From Chiloscyllium plagiosum (taxonomy: Eukaryota), in assembly GCF_004010195.1 (NCBI RefSeq), contig NC_057757.1:9777154-9841153 (forward strand): a stretch of DNA of 64,000 bases, written 5' to 3'. A program made the translations under genes and the position numbers. Below the pieces are notes generated by a model that was not told the DNA's origin, did not search any database, and saw only the letters and a program-made list of their open reading frames with translations. Position 1 is the first letter of the stretch. Every line of letters starts with the position of its first letter. Positions 1 to 12,384 of the stretch are shown here, piece after piece.

Positions 1-470
1 TTCCTGACTTTATGAATGAGCCTACCATGGGGAACCCGATCAAATGCTTTGCTGAAATCCATATACACCACATCCACTGCTCTACCGTCGTCGACCTGTC
101 TTGTCACCTCCTCAAAAAACTCAATAAGATTTGTGAGGCATGACCTGCCCCTCACAAAGCCATGCTGACTGCCTTTAATCACACTATGCTTTGCCAAATG
201 GTCATAAATCCTATCCCTCAGAATTCTTTCCAAAACTTTGCTGATCACAGGCGTAAGACTGACTGGTCTGTAATTGCCAGGGATTTCCCTAGTACCCTTC
301 TTGAAAAGTGGAACAATATTAGCCTCCTTCCAATCCTTCGGTACGACTCATGTGGAGAGTAAGGTGGCAAATATCCTCGCCAGCGGCTTAGCAACCTCCT
401 TTCTCGCTTCCCGGAGTAGCCTAGGAGAAATCTGGTCTGGCCCTGGGGACTTATCAATCTTAATGTTTTC
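1..470 (-). mobile_element. CR1/HER1 LINE fragment (RT region)
   Basis: Minus strand encodes the SQHGFVRGRSCLTNLIEFFEEVT...YMDFSKAFD motif of CR1 RT. Confidence 0.85.
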
Positions 471-769
471 TATATTCACAGTTCAGTTTCTGATTAATAA
501 TAACCCCTCTAGTGTTGGTAGTGGGGCATTTAGCGATGGTAATATCAAGTATCAAGAGACAATGGTTGGATTATCTCATGCTGGAGATGGTCATTGCCTG
601 GTTACAGAGTTGAACATTGCAATTATATTCAACAACAACAAAAACACAAAGAACTGCTGTTGCTGGAAATCTGAAACACAAACAGAAATTGCTGGAAAAA
701 CTCAGCAGGTCTGACAGTATCTGTGGAGAGAGAAACAGAATTAATGAGTTGACTCCAGTGAATTTATGT

Positions 770-2040
770 CATAGAGTCATAGTGTCCCACAGCACAGAGA
801 CAGGCCCTTTGGCCCAAACTGGTTCATGCCGGCCAAAATATCCATCCACGGAAGTCCCATCTCCCTGCACTTGGGCCAGATCCTTCCATCCCCTCCTATT
901 CTTATATTTGTCCAAATGCCTTTTAAATGTTATTAATGTACCCACCTCAACCACTTCTGTTGGCAGTACATTCCACATGAGTACCACCCTCTGTGTAAAA
1001 ACCCTCAGGTTCCCTTTTATTCTTTCCCCTCTAACCTTAAACTGAGTACATACGTTGGGAGGTCATGTTGTGGCTGTACAGAGCATAGGTAAAAGCACTT
1101 TTGGAATATTGTGTGCACTTCTAGTCTCCCTCCTATTGGAAAAATGTTGTGAAACTTGAAAGGGGTTAGAGAAGATTTAGAAGTAAGTTTCCAGAGTTGG
1201 AGGATTTGAGCTATAGGAAGAGGCTGAATAGGCTGGGGCTATTTTCCCTGGAGCATCAGAGGCTGAGGGGTGACCTTATAGAGGTTTATGAAATCATGAG
1301 GAGTATGGATAGGGTCAATAGACAAGGTCTTTTCCCTGGGTGAGGGAGTCCAGAACTAGGGGGTATAGGTTTAAAATGACAGGGCTAAAATTTAAAAGAG
1401 ACTGAAGTGGCAGCTTTTTCACACAGAGGGTGGTGTTTGTATGGAATGAGCTGCCAGAATAAGTAGTGGAGGCTGGTACAATTACAACATTTAAAAGACA
1501 TCTGGATGGATATATGAATAGGAAGGGTTTAGAGAGATATGGACCAAATGCTGGCAAATGGGACTCGATTAGGTTAGGACATCTGGTCGTCATAGAGGAA
1601 TTGGACCGAAGGTTCAGTTTCCATACTGTATATCACTATGACTCTATGATCTCCTCTCATCCTCGATTCCACAATCCTGTGAAAAAGACTGAGTGCATTT
1701 ACCCTTTCCATGCCTCTGATGATCTTATACACCTCTATAAGGTCTCCCCTCAGTCTCCTATGCTCTAAAGAAAAAAGTCCTAGCTTGTTGAATGTTACCC
1801 TATAACTGACTATTGAGTCCAGTCAACACTTTTGTAATTTTCTTGTGCACTCTTTCCAGTTTAATTACAACCATCGTGTAACAAAGGGACCAAATCTGAA
1901 CACAATACTCCAAGTGCTGCCTCAACAACATCCTGTATAACTGCAACACATCTTCCCAATTTCTATACTCAGTACCCTGACTGATGAAGGTCAGTGTGCC
2001 AAAAGTCTTCTTCACTGCCCCGTCTACCTTTTTCATTTAC
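770..2040. mobile_element. Cluster of CR1/HER1 3' fragments (770-1045 minus, 1050-1650 plus, 1650-2040 minus)
   Basis: Peptides WNELP/TFKRHLD and LEYCVQFWS, plus ctctatgactctat tails. Confidence 0.85.
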
Positions 2041-2849
2041 ACTTAGTACCTGAGGATAACACTTCAGTAATCTGTTTACATGGACACTAAACCTCCACTA
2101 TTTCTAACTTTTACCATCTCTATATCAGAGCTATCCGCACAAGAATGAAGGGCCTCACATGAGATCCATTTGCTATAATTTCACCCACTCACTTCATCTG
2201 TCAGTGTCTCTTTGTTATTTTTTGCTCCTGTCTACTTTACTTCTTGCACCTCACATCTTGAGTCTCAAACAAGCCTGGATAATGTCTTTCGTTGTGGTTA
2301 TCCAAGCCATTACTAAACAAGAGTTTTGGCTCCAGCCCAGGTCCTTTTAGGATACCACAAACTGAAGTTCCAGCCCTGGGTCTTCATTCCAAAGGCAGGA
2401 TCAAATGGGGAATCCAGAGATGTTGGGATCTGAGAGGTTATCTTGAAGGAGCTTATTGTGAAATTTTCTTGAGTGTTCCTTTTCCTTTCTCTGATGAGGC
2501 TATGTTTTCTGTTTGTGGGGATTATTACAACAAAGCAGAAATTGCAGTAGAAATAATGAAACTTGACTAATTGCCGATTCCCTGACAAACATGAAGGAGG
2601 GGAAAGGAATTTCCCACTTGAGATTTAAAACTCAATAAAGAGTAGATAGCTGTGGGTTGAGATTAACCTTCGTCCCAATGATGGGCAGGAGTGGGCTGTA
2701 TAATGTAAAGGGTTAATATGCAAATATGACAATCGTGAGTCAGTCATGATGGAAGAGATTACATAATAATGATATTCTGGAGGGTCATGGTACTGCATGG
2801 AATACATGTGAACTCCAAGAATGTATAGAGTTCACAGAATATAGAATAA

Positions 2850-3160
2850 ACAGTCATCATAAAAATAATATATATTCTCTTCCACCCTCTTCCCTCAGGC
2901 AGAAGATATAAAAGTTTAAAAACACATACCAATGGATTCAAGAACATTTACTTCCCTGCTGTGAGCAGACTTTTGAATGAACTCCCAATATATTAGAGTT
3001 GATCTTTCTCTGCACTTTCTCTGTCGCTGTAACACCAAATTCTGCATTCTATTATCCAATCTACTTAAGTAAGATGTGATTTGCCTGGTTAGCACGCAAA
3101 ACAATACTTTTCACTGTATCTCAGTTCATGTGACAATGATAATAATAAATTCAATCAAGT
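2850..3160 (+). mobile_element. Rex1/Babar-like LINE 3' end
   Basis: FHPLPSGRRYKSL-type C-terminus and tail, similar to the Rex1 copy at 60526-61841. Confidence 0.6.
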
Positions 3161-3377
3161 AAATATAGACTCTAGCAATCTCTCAAAAGTGATGTAGAAC
3201 ACTCAGTCTCTTTCAGCATTAAAAGGTGTGGGTGCTGAGGGGCTGGTTAAAGACTAAAATTCAGGAGCCCATGCCCACAACACCTATAATTAGCCTGCTG
3301 TTAATGTGATGATGGATTGTGCAGCGTACATGCAGCCTGCTCAGTGAGAGGAGTACCATATTAAATCAGGACCTTAC

Positions 3378-3594
3378 GGAAATAACTCCACAGAAACCTG
3401 TATCCCGACACCAACTCACCCTTTATTTGCACCTGTGGTGCCCTTGACACTGGCTCCTCAGAGCCATCTCTCAGAGGGAATAAGATGTCTGACACTCCTT
3501 TTTCTGTCTGTAGCCAGTGCTCCCTGATGGCATTGGGTTAACAGGAACTCATATTCTCAGAGGTCCACCTGCTGACCTTGTTATAATCACTACA
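3378..3594 (-). mobile_element. Solo LTR, same family as the Gypsy LTR at 59019
   Basis: Reverse complement starts TGTAGTGATT...GGACCTC...AGAATATGAGTTCC like 59019. Flanked by cttac (3373-3377) and cttcc (3595-3599). Confidence 0.8.
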
Positions 3595-3742
3595 CTTCCA
3601 CTATAGTGAGGAGGTGGGGGATTTAAATTTACCATCTGCTGGTCCCAGTTTCCCAGCGTTGGGGAAATCGAGCAGAGAATTAGAGGCATTGAAGCAATGA
3701 GGTCTGCTCCCCCTGCCATTAAATTTGACAAGTCTCCACAAG

Positions 3743-3814
3743 GCGATGGCGGTATAGTGGTGAGCATAGCAACCTTCCAAGCAGTTGACCCGGGTTCGAT
3801 TCTCAGCCGTCACG
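3743..3814 (+). tRNA. tRNA-Gly(TCC), probably a pseudogene
   Basis: Colinear with vertebrate tRNA-Gly-TCC (GGTATAGTGGTGAGCATAGC..CTTCCAAGCAGTTGACCCGGGTTCGATTC). Two mismatches in the anticodon stem, others in the T and acceptor stems. Confidence 0.85.
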
Positions 3815-3847
3815 GTGCAGTCCTTTCTAAACTGACTTTTAATGTGT

Positions 3848-3920
3848 GGGCTAGTGGCGCAACAGATAACACGTCTGACTACGGGTCAGAAGATTATAGG
3901 TTCGACTCCTACCTAGCTCG
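3848..3920 (+). tRNA. tRNA-Arg(ACG), degenerate, possibly a pseudogene
   Basis: Colinear with vertebrate tRNA-Arg-ACG. Acceptor and anticodon stems (TCTGA-CTACGGG-TCAGA) are intact, but D-loop GG is changed to AG and D and T stems have mismatches. TTTT at 3927-3930. Confidence 0.85.
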
Positions 3921-3930
3921 ATTGAGTTTT

Positions 3931-4097
3931 GTAACAACATTTAAAAGGCATTTGGATGGGTATATGAATAGGAAGGGCTTGGAGGGACATGGGCCGTGTG
4001 CTGACAGGTGGGACTAGATTGGGTTGGCATAACTGGTCGGCATGGACGGGTTGGACCAAAGGGTCTGTTTCCATGCTGTACATCTCTATGACTCTAT
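3931..4097 (+). mobile_element. 5'-truncated CR1/HER1 3' end
   Basis: TFKRHLDGYMNRKG followed by a 3' UTR ending ctctatgactctat. Confidence 0.9.
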
Positions 4098-5386
4098 CTT
4101 TGGGTCTCCTTACTGTTACCCTCCCAACGCTCTGAAAATGTCAGGGCAATGCTGTGAGGTTGGAGTTTCCTCAGGCCTCCAGGTTTGCAATAATGCTGAT
4201 CCGAAAATAACTCCAGAGATGAAGAATGTGGTTTACAAATGTAGATTCTGCATGAGCGGGTGATGGAAGAAGATCCACTTGATGTTAAGGGTTGGAATAT
4301 TGTCTGAAAAGGAAGAATGTGCAGGGCTGCAGGAAGAAGGGCAGGAAGTGACACTCAAGCCCATCATGATGGGCTTAAATGGTCTCAATCTTTACTATAT
4401 CTCTTCTGTCATTTTTAAGTTAGGGCCAATTCTGCAGAGTATATGGAGAAAAACACCAGAAACCTCCAAGTCCTGTGCTCACTGCTCTAGAAAGTTAATT
4501 CTAGATATTGGATGTAGATCAGATCAACTGCAATCCCCACCTGTGAGGAAGAGAGACTGGTTGGTCTCTCCTCCTGTTGGCATAGGCGGAAAATTGTTCA
4601 ACGACCAAGTCACCATAGCCATCCCAGAAACATCACAGGGGTGGATGAACAACGGGCAATGACCCACCCATGGTACCAACAGACACATGACTTCCACGGA
4701 ACTGTACCTCAACACAAAAAGACAGGCACAGAACAGGGAGAAAACTGGACAAGAAAAGACATAGCAAAACTTCATTGACAGCAACTCCATCACCACGTGG
4801 CAACCATGCATTAGGGAGTAGGCAATGAGCGGGGGGACTATACATGAAGTAAAGGTAGGAAAGGACTGAGGTTAAAAAATAATGAGAAACCATTGGGTTG
4901 TCTCCTACATTGCGTTCAAAATTGAAAGCCATTCTCTCATGATCATGTGGTGGCCTGTCTCTTGGTATCACTCGTCCTTCGTGCACCTGTGCCTACCCAT
5001 GTCTAGTCAAGTAAAGAATCTCTCTGATAGTGCCTCCTCCCAAATATTGACCCATCTCTCCTGTTCAAGCTGCTGGTGAATTGTATTTCATTTGGGCCCG
5101 CCTTAAGAGCATTGATGACATTCTTCAAACTAAAGGCACTTAGTTTAATATAAGGTCACCAGAAGCGATAGTAACATTGACCTAGACTCTCAACAGAGAG
5201 CTGTAGATCTGAACTCAATCAGAATTTGTCACTCTGATTAGTTCTGACTTCCCAGACAAGAATAAAGTTGGCTCAAAGAAAAATACCACAAATAGTGGAG
5301 CTCTGAAATTAAAACAGAAAGTTCCGGAAACCTTCAGTGGGTCCTGCAGCTTCTTCGAAGAGAGAAAGAGAGAAAAACATTTTCTT

Positions 5387-6572
5387 AGAGTCATAAAGAT
5401 GTACAGCATGGAAACAGACCCTTCGGTCTAACCCGTCCATGCCAACCAAATAACCCAACCCAATCTAGTCCCAACTGTCAGCACCCGGCCTATATCCATC
5501 CAAACCCTTCCTATTCATATACCCATCCAGATGCCTCTTAAATGTTGCAATTGTACCAACCTCCACCACTTCCTCTGGCAGCTCATTCCATACACGTACC
5601 ACCCTCTATGTGAAAACGTTGCAGCATAGGTCTCTTTTATGTCTTTCCCCTCTCACTCTAAACCTATGCCCTCTAGTTCTGGACTCCCCGACCCCAGAGA
5701 AAAGACATTTCCTATTTATCCTATCCATGCCCCTCATGGTTTTGTAAACCTCTATAAGGTCACCCCTCAGCCTCTGACGCTCCAGGGAAAACAACCCCAG
5801 CCTGTTCAGCCTCTCCCTATAGCTCAAATCCTCCAACCCTGGCAACATCCTTGCAAATCTTTTCTGAACCCTTTCAAGTTTCACAACATCTTTCCGATAG
5901 GNNNNNNNNNNNNNNNNNNNNNNNNNNNNNNNNNNNNNNNNNNNNNNNNNNNNNNNNNNNNNNNNNNNNNNNNNNNNNNNNNNNNNNNNNNNNNNNNNNN
6001 NNNNNNNNNNNNNNNNNNNNNNNNNNNNNNNNNNNNNNNNNNNNNNNNNNNNNNNNNNNNNNNNNNNNNNNNNNNNNNCTTACTAACTGTACCTCTTATC
6101 CTCGCATCCAAATCATTTATGTAAATGACAAAAAGTAGAGGGCCCAGCACCGATCCTTGTGGCACTCCACTGGTCACAGGCCTCCAGTCTGAAAAACAAC
6201 CCTCCACCACCACACTCTATCTTCTACCTTTGAGCCAGCTCTGTATCCAAATGGCTAGTTCTCCCTGTATTCCATGAGATCTAACCTTGCTAATCAGTCT
6301 CCCATGGGGAACCTTGTCGAATGCCTTACTGAAGTCCATATAGATCACATCTACTGCTCTGCCCTCATCAATTATCTTTGCTACTTCCTCAATAAACTCA
6401 ATCAAGTTTGTGAGACATGATTTCCCACGCACAAAGCCATTTTGACTATCCCGAATCAGTCCTTGCCTTTCCAAATACAGGTATATCCTGTCCCTCAGGA
6501 TTCCCTCCAACAACTTGCCCACGTCAGGCTCACTGGTCTATAGTTCCCTGGCTTGTCTTTACCATCTTTCTT
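5387..6572 (-). mobile_element. CR1/HER1 LINE, 5'-truncated, spans gap 5902-6078
   Basis: RT motifs [13 protein letters not shown] and YMDFSKAFDKVPH, plus 3' tail. Confidence 0.95.
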
Positions 6573-7874
6573 AAACATTTTCATTCAAATACGACTTCTT
6601 CAAATTTGACAGGAGATAGAAATGCGATGGGATTTTTGTTGATAGGAAGGAGGCGATGAAAGGGAATATTGGGATAGGAAAGGGAATGAGAGAGATTAAA
6701 TGAAAGAAGATGTCATGGTACAAATGGCAAAGGGATTGGAGCCGATTATAGGAAAGAAACGGAGGGCTAGTTCGTTCAGTTAGGTCGGCGATGTAGCATA
6801 ACAGCAACAGCATACATTCATTGCTTGCATTGGCTAGGGTTACCCTCTTTATCAACCCTCTTTCGCAAGGTGTGGTGACCCTCTGGTTAAACCACTGCCA
6901 TTTCTCTCTCTCTCTCTCACACATACACACACTACTAATGAGAGAGTAGCCCTATCATCCACCAGATTATGGCCACTTCATTTTTTAATAAAGAAACAAA
7001 GCACTGGTCTAGATTAAGTGCTAATGGAAGAATGATGAACAACTCTGTCTGAAAGCAAAAACATGAGAAGCAAGATTCAGGCAGGCACGTGGGAGTGAAG
7101 CATCATTAACATGGAGGACAGAGCCCCTGGTCTGAAACTGCAGAACTCCATTTGAATCCTGAAGGCTACAAAATGCCCACACAAAGGACGAAGAGTTCTT
7201 TCAATCTGTGTTGGGCTTCACTGCATGAGGACTGAAATGTGAGCCAGATGGTACATCACAATAGTGAGTGATTAGAAGGTTATGGACTGAGTGAAGGTGT
7301 TCCATAAGGCAGTTATCCAGTCTTTGTTTGATCTCCCCAGTTGCAAGGTTCACACCATAGAAACCATAGATTGAATTGAAAGGAACACAAGCCTTGATGG
7401 TGAATGAGGGCCGAGGTAAAAGGGCAAGTGTTGCACCCTGAAGTTTGGGAATGATCGAAGAGCAGACAGGGGTATCAATGAGTGAACAGACCGTTTGAAA
7501 TGCTGACATGGAAAGGGAGGATATGGTCAGTGTTGTAAGTGGTGGCATATGCATACACAACATTAACCTTATTTCTCTTTTTGTAGTTGATTCCAGATCT
7601 GCTGAGTTTCTTCAGGGCCTTCTGCATTGATAATGACCAGAGACTCTGCTCGAATGATACTGACTGGAAGTTGAAAGCTGGCAAGGTCACCAAACTTGCA
7701 TGAGTTGTGTCATGCTCCAAGCTGGAGACAGGCTTCTCTGTCATTTACAGTTGCAATAAATTTATAATCTGGAAAATGCCAATCAAATGTTTGGCTAGCA
7801 CTCTGTAATGGTAGTTAAAACCTTGCTGAGTCATTGTCAAATCTAATCTTTTAATCTCCCCCTAAATCAGTCAA

Positions 7875-8020
7875 GGTGGCTCAGTGTGTGGCACTAGAGA
7901 TGGTTTATTGCGAGTTCAAATCCCATTCCAAATGCTTGAGCATATGACCCAACTGAAACTCCAGCACAATTTAGTCAGAGTGCTATCCTACTGGACACAC
8001 TGTCCTTTCGATGAGAGATC
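7875..8020 (+). mobile_element. Degenerate DeuSINE-like (SacSINE1-type) element
   Basis: tRNA-like head (gagttcaaatccca) followed by Deu-like cttgagca...actccagcaca...gagtgct. Confidence 0.45.
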
Positions 8021-8029
8021 ACTGTCACT

Positions 8030-9015
8030 GGTGGTGCAGCACAGTGCCTCAGTGGTTAGCAATGCTGTCTCACAGCACTAGGGACCTGGGGTTCAATTCC
8101 AGCCTGGGGCAACTGTCTGTGTGGAATTTGCATATTCTCTCTATGTCTGTGTGAGATTCCACTGGGTGCTCCAGTTTCCTCCCATAGTCTTGAAGATGTG
8201 CAGGTTAGGTGGATTGGCCAGATGTACGGTGTGTTAGCTTTCCTTGGTAGAGGGATTGAGTTTCGGATGCATGAAGTCATGTTGCAGCTGTACAAAACTA
8301 TGCTGCATCCGCACTTGGAGTATTGTGTACAGTTCTGGTCACCGCATTATAGGAAAGATGTGGAAGCATTGGAAAGAATGCAGACAGGATTTACCAGGAC
8401 GTTGCCTGGTGTGGAGGGAAGGTCTTATGAGGGAAAGCTGAAGGACTTGAGACTGTTTTCATTAGAGAGAAGAAGATTGAGAGGTGACTTAACAGATACA
8501 TACAAGATGATAAGAGGGTTAGATAGGGTGGACAGGGAGAGCCTTTTTCCTCGAACGGTGATGGCTCGCATGAAGGGACATCACTTTAAATTGAGGGGTG
8601 ATAGATATAGGACAGATGTCAGAGGTAGGCACTTTACTCAGAGAGTAGTAAGGGTGTGGAATTCCCTGCTTGCAACAGCAGTAGACATGCCAACTTTAAG
8701 CGCATTTAAATAGTCATTGGATAAATATATGGATGATAATAGAATAATGTAGGTTAGATGGGCTTCAGATTGGTTTCAGGGGTCGGCAGAACATTGAGGG
8801 CCGAAGGGTCTGTACTGAACTGTAATATTCTTTGCTCTATCTATTATGCTAAATTGCCCATTGTGTGCAGGGATATATAAATTAGGTGGATTAGCTATGG
8901 GAAATACAGGGTGACAGGGATAGGGTAGGGAGTGAGTCTGGGTGGGATAGTCTTCAGACAGTCAGTGTGGACTTGTTGGGCCGAATGGTGTGTTTCTAAA
9001 CTGTAGGGATTCTAA
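8030..9015 (+). mobile_element. HE1-type SINE interrupted by a CR1 insertion (about 8221-8842)
   Basis: SINE head ctcagtggttagca...ggttcaattcc. Body resumes at tatgctaaattgccc after the CR1 ORF (LEYCVQFWSPHYRKDV). Confidence 0.85.
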
Positions 9016-9569
9016 GATGTGTCAGATGAGAATATAGGACAGATGTCAGAGGTAGGCACTTTACTCAGAGAGTAGTAAGGGTGTGGAATTCCCTGCTTGC
9101 AACAGCAGTAGACACGCCAACTTTAAGCGCATTTAAATAGTCATTGGATAAATATGTGGATGATAATAGAATAATGTAGGTTAGATGGGCTTCAGATTGG
9201 TTTCAGGGGTCGGCAAAACATTGAGGGCCGAAGGGTCTGTACTGAACTGTAATGTTCTTTGCTCTATCTGCTATGCTAAATTGCCCATTGTGTGCAGGGA
9301 TATATAAATTAGGTGGATTAGCCATGGGAAATACAGGGTGACAGGGATAGGGTAGGGAGTGAGTCTGGGTGGGATAGTCGAGGAGAAAGTGAGGTCTGCA
9401 GATGCTGGAGATCAAAGTTGAAACTTTATTGCTGGAACAGCACAGCAGGTCAGGCAGCATCCAGGGAACAGGAGATTCGACGTTTCAGTCTTCAGACAGT
9501 CAGTGTGGACTTGTTGGGCCGAATGGTGTGTTTCTAAACTGTAGGGATTCTAAGATGTGTCAGATGAGA
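8605..9569 (+). repeat. 427-bp tandem duplication (8605-9031 / 9032-9569), second copy carrying a Penelope fragment at 9380-9486
   Basis: Direct alignment by eye shows about 7 substitutions. Insert is flanked by agtc/agtc. Confidence 0.9.
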
Positions 9570-9755
9570 AAAGACTGAGATCCATCTTAGTTTCCTTCCA
9601 CCATGTCGGCAGTCACATGGTACACCAATCAATTAGTCCACACCAGACTCTGGTGTGAGGTGAGAATCGCCCAGTGGAAATCATAAAGCCTAATGATGGT
9701 TTCTTTGTGGAATCTTGCTGTGCGTTAATTGGCTTCCATCAGCTACAGTGAAACA

Positions 9756-10041
9756 ATTAGATTAGATTAGATTACATTACATTACAGTGTGGAAACAGGC
9801 CCTTCGGCCCAACAAGTCCACACCGACCCGCCGAAGCGAAACCCACCAATACCCCTACATTTACCCCTTACGTAACACTACGGGCAATTTAGCATGGTCA
9901 ATTCACCTGACCTGCACATCTTTGGACTGTGGGAGGAAACCGGAGCACCCGGAGGAAACCCACGCAGACATGGGGAGAATGTGCAAACTCCAACAGTCAG
10001 TCGCCTGAGGCGGGAATTGAACCCGGGTCTCTGGCGCTGTG
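9756..10041 (-). mobile_element. HE1-type SINE lacking the 5' end of the head
   Basis: Matches the reverse complement of 43010-43295, with an (attag)n tail. Confidence 0.9.
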
Positions 10042-11414
10042 CCACATGTCTGAAATACATGGCTACATGTCTAAAATATTTCATCCATCAATGAAACTCT
10101 GCACAGGTGAAAAACGCAAATTTTGGACTTATATTGAGTGCAATCCTTCTCCAACCTCACTGACCTGGCAAACTATTTGCAATTTAATGGAGAGTAATTC
10201 AGTCCTTTCCACCCCAGGTTCAACATTGCACACTCACTCCCCTATCACCTATGCAAAGTGTGTGTCCTCTGCCAAATACAAAGTTGCCATGCCTCCTTCC
10301 AAACCCATGGNNNNNNNNNNNNNNNNNNNNNNNNNNNNNNNNNNNNNNNNNNNNNNNNNNNNNNNNNNNNNNNNNNNNNNNNNNNNNNNNNNNNNNNNNN
10401 NNNNNNNNNNNNNNNNNNNNNNNNNNNNNNNNNNNNNNNNNNNNNNNNNNNNNNNNNNNNNNNNNNNNNNNNNNNNNNNNNNNNNNNNNNNNNNNNNNNN
10501 NNNNNNNNNNNNNNNNNNNNNNNNNNNNNNNNNNNNNNNNNNNNNNNNNNNNNNNNNNNNNNNNNNNNNNNNNNNNNNNNNNNNNNNNNNNNNNNNNNNN
10601 NNNNNNNNNNNNNNNNNNNNNNNNNNNNNNNNNNNNNNNNNNNNNNNNNNNNNNNNNNNNNNNNNNNNNNNNNNNNNNNNNNNNNNNNNNNNNNNNNNNN
10701 NNNNNNNNNNNNNNNNNNNNNNNNNNNNNNNNNNNNNNNNNNNNNNNNNNNNNNNNNNNNNNNNNNNNNNNNNNNNNNNNNNNNNNNNNNNNNNNNNNNN
10801 NNNNNNNNNNGAGACTTTGATGATATGGTTACAGAACTGGGAGAGTCCTGGGAGGAGAGCAGAAGGGGGATAAATAATCTCAGAACAGCCTGTCTTAAAG
10901 CCTTGCCACAAGCCAGCAATACTCTGAGAGCTAAATGCACAGAATTGGAACACTTCAACAAAGAGAAAGGAAAACTGACACTAAATTGTGTTAGGTGTGG
11001 GCAGTCAATAGAGACAGAGATTACCTCAACTACTTCATCACACAGTGAAGCCATGAGTAGGTACTCTGGAAGGGTCAGTTTCAATGCAATGGACAGGGAG
11101 CCAGCACCTTGTTATAGTTATTCCAATCAGCCCTTTCAGGATGTTATGACACACCACTGAGCTCTGGGGAGGTGGTGGCCAAGTGATGTTTTTTTTACAC
11201 GTGCATAGTACTTGTCAGAGGTCCAGCTTGCTCAGAGCCAGCTCTCAGAATAAGTAGAACTTCCGATACTCTTGTTTTGTTTTTCTTTTTTCTCTTTTCA
11301 TCACTACCATCTCTGGGGGGGTGAAGGCCAGACAGGTCTCCTGGAGACTTTGATGACACTGCGGTAGTGCTTATTTTTCCCCAGCACCCATGTTGTGTGT
11401 GTGTGTGCAGGTGT

Positions 11415-11760
11415 GAGACACAGTGAAGGACAACAGGTATACCAATCTTTAACCAATTTCCACCACCAGGAACAAAGGAAACACTCAAGTGGCCTTCACA
11501 TCAAAGGGCAATGCTGCGTGATCAAACAGTGAAGGGGAGGGAAAGGATTAAATCAAAATAAAGTTGGAAATAAGACAATCCACTCCCTGAGGCACCCACC
11601 TTTCCCTGGAAACATCGAGGGTGTTGGTGAACACTGTGTGCTCCTTCTCCAGGGACACCCGGGCACGGACAACATTTTTTAAAATTGTTTTTCTTTTTTC
11701 TTTTTTTTTCACAGTGAAAGACACAAGGTGTATAAATCTTTATTCAATTTCCACCACTAT
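11415..11760 (-). mobile_element. L1/Tx1-like LINE 3' end, with a second short 3'-end copy
   Basis: Minus peptide VRARVSLEKEHTVFTNTLDVSRERWVPQG. The 3' UTR segment occurs at about 11420 and about 11711, the latter with AATAAA. Confidence 0.6.
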
Positions 11761-12077
11761 GCACAGCGTTTAACATGGCAACTTCACACTTCTGACTGGT
11801 GGCCAGAGTGACGTAAATTAATGGTCATCCACCACCATTGGAAGATGTACACGCTGTGTCTCCAAACAGATGCAATGGCTGTCCTGCAGGGGGTGCTGAG
11901 AACTACATGTGGGGCATTTGTGAAAGTAATGTGAATGATCAGAACCTTTATGAGCTCAAAGACAAAATGAAAAATGAAAATTTTCCAGAGTCATGCAATA
12001 ATTCAACAAGGAAAAAAGTAATATAGAACAAAAGATGAAGGCAACATTCCTCAATGAGACCAAATAGATTCTAAACC

Positions 12078-12287
12078 TAGTTAAAAATCACACAACACCA
12101 GGTTATAGTCCAACAGGTTTATGTGGAAGCATTAGCTTTCGAAGCGACACTCCTTCATCAGGTGGTTGTGATGAAGGTGCAGCGCACTGAAAGCTACTGC
12201 TTCCAAATAAACCTGTTGGACTATAACCTGGTGTTGTGTGATTTTTAACTTTGTAACACCCCAGTCCAATACTGGCATCTCCAAATC
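12078..12287. mobile_element. Palindromic Penelope pseudo-LTR insertion
   Basis: Inverted arms aaaaatcacacaacaccagg.../...cctggtgttgtgtgattttt. 12-bp TSD agattctaaacc (12066-12077 / 12288-12299). Confidence 0.85.
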
Positions 12288-12384
12288 AGATTCTAAACCA
12301 TGAGCTTGAAGGAACAGGCTTTCAAACAGAATTTAAACCTGATGCAGGAACAGATGTTTCAAAACTGGCCAGGGTTAATGTTGA

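Noticed and set aside
274..714. 146-aa ORF and similar ORFs (27494, 48681, 51946)
   Set aside because: Antisense shadows of CR1 RT.
3743..3814. Functional tRNA-Gly
   Set aside because: The anticodon stem has two mismatches and the T stem is damaged.
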